Shown: positions 41,572 to 54,708 of the stretch, piece by piece
Layout: each line of letters starts with the position of its first letter
How positions within the stretch are numbered: the stretch's first letter is position 1
Origin: the human T2T-CHM13v2.0 reference genome, Homo sapiens
DNA: 64,000 nt
Assembly (NCBI RefSeq): GCF_009914755.1
Contig: NC_060934.1
Strand: one strand, 5' to 3'
Program-made: the position numbers and the translations under genes
The notes under the pieces: model-generated
What the model saw: the letters and a program-made list of their open reading frames with translations, nothing else
Told to the model about the DNA's origin: nothing
Databases searched by the model: none

Positions 41572-42091
41572 TTATGCAGAGATAGGTAACAGATGAGGAA
41601 GAAATTTGGGCTTGATTGAAGTAATGGGGGCTGTCTGTGAAGCTTTGCAGCAGTACAGCCTAGGTAATTTGCTGAGCTTGATGGGTGTCAGGGTCAGTCT
41701 AAGTGAAAGCGAAGAGAGGCTGGGATGAAGGGTGCAAAGGAATAGTAGAGAAAGCATGTTTGAGATCCAGAACAGAATAATGGGTTGTAGAGGCAGGTAT
41801 TGAGGATAGGAGAGTATATGGGTTTGGCGCCATGGGGTGGATAGGTGAAACAGTTTGGTTGATAAGGCGCAGATCCTGAACTAAATTGTAAGGCTTGTCT
41901 GGTTTTAGGACAGGTAAAATGGGGGAATTGTAAGGAGAGTTTTTAGGTTTTAAAAGGCCATGCTTTAGCAGGCGAGTGATAACAGGCTTTAATCTTTTTA
42001 AAGCGTGCTGCGGGATGGGATATTGGCGTTGAGTGGGGTAAGGGTGATTAGGTTTTAATGAGATGGTAAGGGGTGCATGATCGGTCGCCAA
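41572..42091 (-). pseudogene. pol: HERV-H pol remnant (N-terminal RT), disrupted and deleted
   Basis: QYPIP...SPYNSPILPVLKPDKPYNLVQDLRLIN...LDLKHAFSTIPLHPSSQPLFAFT* are gammaretroviral RT motifs. The conserved W is replaced by a stop. Confidence 0.9.
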
Positions 42092-42644
42092 GGAGGGAGT
42101 AGAGATATCTTATACTTGTGGGTTAAGGTGGGGGGATACAAGAGGAGGATGCAAAGGAGGCTTTGGATTGGGAAGAAGGGTGGCAATGAGATACAGCTGT
42201 AGTCCAGGAATAGTCAGGGAAGCAGATAATTTAGTTAAAGTGTCTTAGCCTAATAAGGGAGCTGGGCAGGTGGGGATAACTAAAAAGGAGTGCTTAAAAG
42301 AGTATTGTCTAAGTTGGCACCAGAGTTGGGGAGTTTTAAGAGGTTTAGAAGCCTGGCCGTCAATATCCACAACAGTTATGGAGGCAAGGGAAACAGGCCC
42401 TTGAAAAGAAGGTAATGTGGCGTGGGTGGCCTCCGTATTGATTAAGAAGGGGACGGGCTTACCTTCCCTGTGAGAGTTACCCGAAGCTCGGCATCCGTGA
42501 TGGTCTAGGGGGCTTCCGAGGCGATCAGGCAGCGTCAGTCTTCAGCCACTAAGCTGAGAAGATCTGGGAAGGAGTCAGAGAGCCTTGGGCCAGAGTTCCA
42601 GGGGCTCTGGGAGTGGCTGCCAGGTGAGTTGAACAGTCCGATTT

Positions 42645-43140
42645 TCAGTGGGGTCCCACACAGATGGGACACAGGTTAGGAGGAATCCCGGGCTGTGGGC
42701 ATTCCTTGGCCCAGTGGACAGATTTCCAGCATGTGTAGCAAGCTCCTGTGGGAGGAGGTTCTGGAGGAATGCCTGGCCGCTGTGGTTCAGGAGTTTGGAA
42801 GTTCTTGGGTGCTGGAGATGTGGCTGGGGTTTGTCTCACAGTGGAGGCAAGGAATTGCAACTTTTTTCTATTATTGTACACCTTGAAGGCGAGGTTCATT
42901 AAATCCTGTTGTGGGGTTTGAGGGCCGGAATTTAATTTTTGGAGTTTTATTTAGTGTCGGGAGCAGATTGGGTAATAAAATGTATTTTAAGAATAAGACG
43001 GCCTTTTGACCTTTTAGGGTCTAGGGCTGTAAAGTGTCTCACGGTTGCTGCCAAACAAGTCATGAACTGGGCTGGATTTTTATATTTGATGAAAAAGAGC
43101 CTAAACTCTTCTGATTTGGGATAAAGAAAAAGGAGCATTA
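42645..43140 (-). pseudogene. gag: HERV-H gag remnant (CA/NC)
   Basis: HFITQSAPD, LAFKVYNNR and the CCHC knuckle CYTCWKSVHWAKEC. The second knuckle CPICVGPH is cut by a stop. Confidence 0.88.
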
Positions 43141-44040
43141 ACCTTGACTATGCCTTTAGCTCCAGCCACCTTTTTAAGAGTAAATTGCTGGGCAGGAGGG
43201 GGAGGGCTAGTCACTGAACAAAACTGTAATCCGGACCAGGTGTGAGGAGGGGAGGTGATAAAAAGATTATAGGGTGGAGGAACAGAGGCTGAGGAAGAAT
43301 TGGGACCTGGCTAGGCCTGGCAAGGAGCAGCCTGGGGAGGAAGGGAGAGGTCAGATGGGTCTGTAGAAAAGGAAGATTAGAAAGACTCAGTGACGCTTGG
43401 GGTTGGTACTGAGGGGACAGGCGGGAGGGAAAGAAGGAAGATTTGGGATGAGTTGCACTGGGCACAGACTAGGAAGGGACTGATGTATAAAAGAATGCCT
43501 GGACGTCAGGCACCTCAGACCGTTTGCCTATTTTACAACAAGAATTATTTAGATCTTGCAGGATGGAAAAATTCAAAGTGCCATTTTCTGGCTATTTGGA
43601 ACTACTGTCGAGTTTGCATTGGGGTCAAGCGGCATTGCAGAAGAAAATAAGGCATTTAGGTTTTAGGTCAGGTGTGAGTTGAGGTTTTATGTTTTTGAGA
43701 ACACAGGCCAAGGGAGTAGAAGGAGGAATGGAGGGTGGAATGTTCCCATAGTGAAGGAAGCAAGCCTAGAGAGAAGAGAGAGTAGAGAAATGGAGGGAAG
43801 GGATTCAGGGGTTCTTACCTTCCAGAAAAGTGGGAAAAGGGGTTTGGGTGCAGAGATAAGAAGTCAGGGCATGGAAATAAGGGATGGGGCACAGAAATAA
43901 GAGGTCAGGGCATGGAAATAAGGGATTGGGGTGCAGAGATATGAGGTTGGGGTACTTGCCCATCCTCTAGAAAAGCAGGACTTGCCACTAAGAGTGAAGG
44001 AGAAGGGGTTGAGGAGTACTTGCCTCTCTCCCAGAAAAGC

Positions 44041-44223
44041 AGAGAAGGGATAGAGACAAGGAGAGAAGGGGTTGGGGTACTTGCCCTGTCCCCAGAAAAG
44101 CAGAGAAGGGGTAGAGACAAGGAGAGAAGGGGTTGGGGTACTTGCCCTGTCCCCAGAAAATCAGAGAAGGGGTAGAGACAAGGAGAGAAGGGGTTGGGGT
44201 ACTTGCCCCTTCCCCAGAAAAGC
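44041..44223. repeat. 3 x 61-bp tandem repeat in the HERV-H leader
   Basis: Unit agagaaggggtagagacaaggagagaaggggttggggtacttgccctgtccccagaaaagc, plus a partial copy at ~43998-44040. Confidence 0.9.
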
Positions 44224-44664
44224 GGAAATTGCCGCTAAGGGTGAAGGACCAAGGCAGGCGTCCCTGCGTGGTCTGACACCCTTGAAACGTGGGTGTATAA
44301 TCAGAGAGGCGTCCCTGCAATGATTAAACACCAAGGGAAGGCTGCCTTCCCAGTCCATGACCAGCACCAGAGTTTTGGGTCCACAGATAAAACATGTCTC
44401 CTTTGTCTCTACCAGAAAATGAAAGGAATTGAAATTAAGAGAAGGGAGAGATTGAAGTGTGGCACCAAGATTGAAAGGAGAAAGAGGTTGAGGGATAGTG
44501 AGGGAGGTTGGAGAAGAGAGTAAAAAGAGGCCGCTTACTGGATTTGAAATTGGTGAGATGTTTCTTGGGCTGGTCGGTCTGAGGACCTGAGGTCGTAGGT
44601 GGATCTTTCTCATGGATCAAAGAGCAGGAGGACAGGGGATTGATCTCCCAAGGGAGGTCCCCCG

Positions 44665-44682
44665 ATCCGAGCCACGGCACCA
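44665..44682 (-). other. Primer binding site, tRNA-His
   Basis: TGGTGCCGTGGCTCGGAT, 2 nt after the 5' LTR. One mismatch to the canonical TGGTGCCGTGACTCGGAT. Confidence 0.92.
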
Positions 44683-44684
44683 AA

Positions 44685-45137
44685 TTTCATGCGTGTCCGT
44701 GTGAAGAGACCACCAAACAGGCTTTGTGTGAGCAACATGGCTGTTTATTTCACCTGGGTGCAGGCAGGCTGAGTCTGAAAAGAGAGTCAGTGAAGGGAGA
44801 TAGGGGTGGGGCCATTTTATAGGATTTGGGTAGGTAAAGGAAAATTACAGTCAAAGGGGGTTTGTTCTCTGGCGGGCAGGAGTGGGGGTCGCAAGGTGCT
44901 CAGTGGGGGTGCTTTTTGAGTCAGGATGAGCCAGGAAAAGGACTTTCACAAGGTAATGTCATCACTTAAGGCAAGGACCAGCCATTTACACTTCTTTTGT
45001 GGTAGAATGTCGTCAGTTAACGTGGGGCAGGGCATATTCACTTCTTTTGTGATTCTTCAGTTACTTCAGGCCATCTGGGCATATACGTGCAAGTCACAGG
45101 GTATGCGATAGCTTGGCTTGGGCTCAGAGGCATGACA
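44685..45137 (-). promoter_or_regulatory. LTR7, 5' LTR (candidate pluripotency promoter/enhancer)
   Basis: 453-bp LTR7 with TATAAAA at ~44821 (minus strand), two ACAAAAGAAG SOX-like motifs and an adjacent PBS. Confidence 0.9.
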
Positions 45138-46547
45138 GTTGGGCTCAGTCACCCAGAATCCATTCTTTCAACAAGTGTTTGTGTCCTGCACAACCCAAGG
45201 AAATTGGGATACAGCAATGAACGAAAGACACAGAGCTCTTTCCCTTAAGGTGTCAAATACTATGGAAAAAATAAATAGTGCAGCCCAGTAAGGTGGATCA
45301 GAAGTGTGGGTGTGCGTTTGTGTGTGTTGGAAGGTGACTGGGGCTGGAGGGCAGAGACTGCAATATTTGCAGAAGGAGTCAGGGTGGGCCCTTAGAGAAG
45401 TTGAGGTCTGCATTGAAGGAGTAGAAGTTGGCAAGCCTGGAGAATGAAACCACCAACAGGAAGCCTTTGGGTTGCCAGTCATGTGCCATGCCTTCTCTCT
45501 CTACCCTACTCCCTCCTGCTTATTTAATCATTATTTACCCTTTGTCCACAAAGCAAATGTTATTTTAAAAAGACTATTCCATAAGACTTCCAGTATACAA
45601 TAGTTTAGACTCTACAAATTTCAGAGATGGGTGAAGAACATCTAGTCTAAGGGTTTGCAAACATACTTTTTAAAGCTTAGAATCATTTGTTTAAATGAAA
45701 AAGAAACTCTAAAGGGAAATGTAAACAAGGCAAATGGGACCACCCTGGGTGAAGCTCAGTCCCCCCACATACCACCACTCCCAGGGCAAACCGTAAAGGT
45801 GTTCCTGGGAGGGCATGTGAAAAGCTGGATTTATTCTAAACTCATCTATCTATAAGAAAATTGACACCCAAACAGGGCAGATGACTTGTCCAAGGTCTCA
45901 GAAAACATAACCCCAGGCTTCTTGTCTACTTTTTTCTCCTTCCACCAAGAAATGCCATCCCTTGCATTTAAAATTTATATGAATTTTGCAGATAGAAGCA
46001 ACAGTCCTCATAGCAAGCCACTTACTTATTTCAAAATACTGAAATTTTGCACTGCAGTTTTTTTATTAGAGTTTTATGATTCTAATCATTCTTAGCTTTT
46101 AATCATTTATATGATAAATATTTCTATCTTTCCGTGTGAGAATTAATTCTTTCCAATTTAGCCTCATGGAACTTCCTTCTGATATTGGTAAATGATTGAA
46201 AAAAAGTTCTTGATGGTTTTAAACTCCCTAGTTTTTAAAAATATATTCAGCATTTAAATGATTGATCAGTAATGTGCAGAATAGAATTAGAGATGTGCAG
46301 AAAACTTTTTTTTTGGTGGTGTTGTTCTTTTTTAATTTTTTTAATTATACTTTAAGTTTTAGGGTACATATGCACAATGTGCAGGTTAGTTACATACGTA
46401 TACATGTGCCATGCTGGTGTGCTGCACCCATTAACTCGTCATTTAGCATTAGGTATATCTCCTAATGCTATCCCTCCTCCCTCCCCCACCCCACAACAGT
46501 CCCCAAAGTGTGATGTTCCCCTTCCTGTGTCCATGTGTTCTTATTGT

Positions 46548-50368
<3,821 letters not shown>

Positions 50369-50431
50369 TATGATGTTAGCTGGTTATTTTGCTCGTTAGT
50401 TGATGCAGTTTCTTCCTAGTCTTGATGGTCT

Positions 50432-51448
50432 TTACATTTTGGCAGGATTTTGCAGCGGCTGGTACCGGTTGTGCCTTTCCATGTTTAGTGCTTCCTTCAG
50501 GAGCTCTTTTAGGGCAGGCCTGGTCGTGACAAAATCTCTCAGCATTTGCTTGTCTGTAAAGTATTTTATTTCTCCTTCACTTATGAATCTTAGTTTGGCA
50601 GGATATGAAATTCTGGGTTGAAAATTCTTTTCTTTAAGAATGTTGAATATTGGGCCCCACTCTCTTCTGGCTTGTAGAGTTTCTGCCGAGAGATCGCTGT
50701 TAGTCTGATGGGCTTCCCTTTGTGGGTAACCCGACCTTTCTCTCTGGCTGCCCTTAACATTTTTTCCTTCATTTCAACTTTGGTGAATCTGACAATTATG
50801 TGTCTTGGAGTTGCTCTTCTCGAGGAGTATCTCTGTGGCGTTCTCTGTATTTCCTGAATCTGAATGTTGGCCTGCCTTGCTAGATTGGGGAAGTTCTCCT
50901 GGATAATATCCTGCAGAGTGTTTTCCAACTTGGTTCCATTCTCCCAGTCACTTTCAGGTACACCAATCAGATGCAGATTTGGTCTTTTCACATAGTCCCA
51001 TATTTCTCAGAGGCTTTGTTCATTTCTTTTTATTCTTTTTTCTCTAAACTTCCCTTCTCACTTCATTTCATTCATTTCATCTTCCATCGTTGATACTCTT
51101 TCTTCCAGTTGATCACAGCAGCTCCTGAGGCTTCTGCATTCTTCACATAGTTCTTGAGCCTTGGCTTTCAGCTCCATCAGCTCCTTTAAGCACTTCTCTG
51201 TATTGGTTATTCTAGTTATACATTCGTCTAAATTTTTTTCAAAGTTTTCAACTTCTTCACCTTTTGGTTTGAATTTCCTCCTGTAGCTCGGAGTAGTTTG
51301 ATCATCTGAAGCCTTCTTCTCTCAACTCGTCAAAGTCATTCTCCATCCAGCTTTGTTCTGTTGCTGGTGAGGAACTGCGTTCTTTTGGAGGAGGAGAGGC
51401 GCTCTGCTTTTTAGAGTTTCCAGTTTTTCTGTTCTGTTTTTTCCCCAT
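50432..51448 (-). pseudogene. L1 ORF1, disrupted
   Basis: ATGGGGAAAAAACAGAACAG start at 51448 and the fragment KRPNLHLIGVPE...RHIIVRFTKVEMKEKMLRAAREKG. Frameshift near 50695. Confidence 0.92.
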
Positions 51449-52031
51449 CTTTGTGGTTTTATCTACTTTTGGTCTTTGATGATGGTGATGTACAGATGGG
51501 TTTTTGGTGTGGATGTCCTTTCTGTTTGTTAGTTTTCCTCCTAACAGAGAGGACCCTTAGCTGCAGGTCTGTTGGAGTTTGCTAGAAGTCCACTCCAGAC
51601 CCTGTTTGCCTGGGTATCAGCAGTGGTGTCTGCAGAACCACAGATTTTCGTGATCTGCGAATGCTGCTGTCTGATCGTTCCTCTGGAAGTTTTGTCTCAG
51701 AGGAGTACCCAGCTGTGTGAGGTGTCAGTCTGCCTCTACTGGGGGGTTCCTCCCAGTTAGGCTGCTCGGGGATCAGGGATCAGGGACCCACTTGAGGAGG
51801 CAGTCTGCCCATTCTCAGATCTCCAGCTGCATGCTGGGAGAACCACTGCTCTCCTCAAAACTGTCAGACAGGGACATTTAAGTTTGCAGAGGTTACTGCT
51901 GTCTTTTTGTTTCTCTGTGCCCTGCCCCCAGAGGTGGAGCCTACAGAGGGAGGCAGGCCTCCTTGAGCTATGGTGGGCTCCACCCAGTTCGAGCTTCCCA
52001 GCTGCTTTGTTTACCTAAGCAAGCCTGGGCA

Positions 52032-52106
52032 ATGGCGGGCGCCCCTCCCCCAGCCTCGCTGCCACATTGCAGTTTGATCTCAGACTGCTGTGCTAGCAAT
52101 CAGTGA
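52032..52106 (+). pseudogene. L1 ORF0 (antisense), premature stop
   Basis: ATG at 52032 gives MAGAPPPASLPHCSLISDCCASNQ then TGA (52104-52106), where the consensus has CGA/Arg. Confidence 0.85.
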
Positions 52107-52949
52107 GGCTCTGTGGGCGTAGGACCCTCTGAGCCAGGTGCAGGCTATAATCTCCTGGTGCGCTGTTTCCTAAGCCCGTCAGAAAAGTGCAGTATTCGGG
52201 TGGGAGTGGCCCGATTTTCCAGGTGCCATCTGTCACCCCTTTCCTTGACCAGGAAAGGGAACTCCCTGATCCCTTGCACTTCCCGAGTGAGGCAATGCCT
52301 TGCCCTGCTCTGGCTGGCACACGGTGCACTGCCCCTACTGTCCTGCGCCCACTGTCTGGCACTTCCTAGTGAGATGAACCTGGTACCTCAGATGGAAATG
52401 CAGAAATCACCCATCTTCTGCGTCGCTCATGCTGGGAGCTGTAGACCGGAGCTGTACCTATTTGGCCATCTTGGCTCCTCCCCCAGAAAACTCTTCATAA
52501 AATAAACCTCTGATAACTCAGCTTCACTTTACATGCTATTAGAACATCATATCAGGTTAAGTTCTTTGGACAATTCCTTTAAGATTTATAATGATTGTAT
52601 CCCATACACAGTGGTGTAGTTGGATACTTAATCATTGTCACTATACAAATTGAGTAATTTAGGGACAAAGCAGATGAGACTAGAAGTGTGGTAGAGAGGG
52701 CTTAATTATGTGGTCTGGTGGACTAAGCTGATTAAATCAACTAAATCATAGTCTCTTCTCCCTTTACATCTGAATACGAAGAAACCAGGCAAAGTTCTTT
52801 CCACTCTGAGAGCTGTATCTGCTCTCGATGTGACTGTGGGAACCAGGATGAAGTGATGAATACTGTTGCTTCATCTGCCATCGTAGGAACTGCTTTATTA
52901 ATTCAGGAAATTAATCGCTCCTCTGGCTTCGACTACAGATTTAATGGTA

Positions 52950-53560
52950 TGTCTTCTAAGTCTTTATACTCAGCTCTGCTCCTTCCCTAAAACTCCAACA
53001 CTTCCAGCTTTCTGTTGAATTTCTCTACCTAGGTGTCCATCTGCCATTACCTCCAACTCAATCTGTCCAAAACCGAAATCCCACTCTCTGCTTGATTTTA
53101 TGTAATGGAACTAACGTTCTTTCAATCATTCAAGCTGTAAAACCTGGTGTCATCTTTGACTATTCACCATTCTGATTTCCACATTCAATGAATGACTATG
53201 TTCTATAAGCCAGGAACACATTCATCTTTTCAACAACCACTGCCAACACATCAGTTTGGGCTGTTACCTCTTACCTGGACAAAGAGTGCAGCAGGCGGTG
53301 TGAGTGACATGGACTTAAGGCTCAGTTAGGGTTCTCCTGCCTCAGGGTGAAAATAAAAATGGTGTGGAGAAATGTGCCACGACCATGTTTTATGTCTTTG
53401 CCCCACCACCCACACATTTTAGTTCAGTTTTGCTAAATCATGTCTACCACCTGAGCTATTCCCAGCACCTCCCACTTCTTCTGAGTTCAGTTTCTTCATA
53501 ATCCATGTCCACACTGCTGCCAGATTCATCTTTGTGAAGAGCTCTGATGACTCAAACCTC
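52950..53560. mobile_element. L2 fragments
   Basis: cctccaactcaatctgtccaaaaccgaaatc...aaacctggtgtcatctttgact and tccacactgctgccagattcatcttt. Confidence 0.6.
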
Positions 53561-54344
53561 TACTCAGGATAGACTCACCCTAGCCAGCAAGGCTATTCAG
53601 AAGACAGTCTCTACCGTGGTACAAATATGAGCCACCATGGTCATTATCACAAGGGTGGGCTTCCATGAAATCCAAGGAAAATTTAGCCCTGTTCTCCACA
53701 TCTTTCCTTCCTGGTAATTCCCGCTACCATTTCCACCTTAGATACTCAGGGACATGTTGTTTCCCTATAGACAAAGGCTTTCTGATACTCTTTCTGTTTT
53801 CTGTATCACCAGCCTCTCAGCGCACTTACACATTATTTCCAGATTTTTTTCTTTTTCAAACAGCTCTGAATATGACTGTCCTACTTGAAAACAAAGGTTC
53901 CATATGACCTAATTAAGGACAGATTTCCTTTCCAATCTTTCCCTCATTCCTTCGATGTACTCTGCACTTCACCCAAAGTTCCCGCATGTCCTCCTCTCGT
54001 CCTGTCGCATGTCACCAGGATTCTCCCACTCACCACCTGTCACAGAAACATGGAACTCTGTCTTCTTAAGGGGTTCTTTTTCCTCACAACAGCACTGGAA
54101 GTTAAACTCTATGGCCCTTTTCATGTTTATTTGTCCAGTTGTTAAATCCCTGAGGGCCTCAGTTCCTGCCCATGAGTTTATTCCCAGGGAGAGAAGAAAC
54201 ATTAAAAAGTACTTTTACACCCAACATTTCTAAATGGTCTACTGGTCTACATGGTCTTATTGTCCTCATATGTCATTGAGGAAACAGACAAAGAAATAAG
54301 TGATTTGGTGGAATTCAAACCCAGGCATCTAATTTAATAATCAA

Positions 54345-54708
54345 CTTTTTTTCTTTTCTTTTCTTTTCTTTCTTTCTTCCTTCTTCTTCTTTTTTTTTTT
54401 GTTTTTGTTTTTTGTTGTTGTTGTTGAGACAAGGTCTTGCTCTGTCTCCCAGGTTATGTAGCACAGTGGTGTGATGTTGGCTCACTGCAGCCTCAACATT
54501 CTGGAATCAAGCGATCCTCCCTCTTCCGCCTCCCGAGTAGCTGGAACTACAGGTGCATACGACCATGCCTGGCATTTTTTGTATTTTTGGTAAAGATGGG
54601 GTTTCACCGTATTGCCAAGGCTGTTCTCAAACTTCTGGACTCAAGCAATCCTCCCACCTGGGCCTCCCAAAGTGCTGGGATTACAGGCATAAGCTACTGC
54701 ACCCGGCC
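54345..54708 (-). mobile_element. AluJ with compound tail
   Basis: Reverse Alu with AluJ-like diagnostics. TSD aataatcaa at 54336 and 54709. Confidence 0.9.

Larger units (their letters stand above)
39264..45137 (-). mobile_element. HERV-H provirus (common ~5.8-kb internally deleted form)
   Basis: Two 453-bp LTR7s, exact 5-bp TSD GTTGG (39259-39263 and 45138-45142), PBS-His, PPT, a gag zinc knuckle and an RT fragment. Confidence 0.97.

Noticed and set aside
39264-45137. Identification as a named HERV-H lncRNA locus (e.g. ESRG, LINC-ROR)
   Set aside because: I could not recognise the flanks. Naming the locus requires genome mapping.
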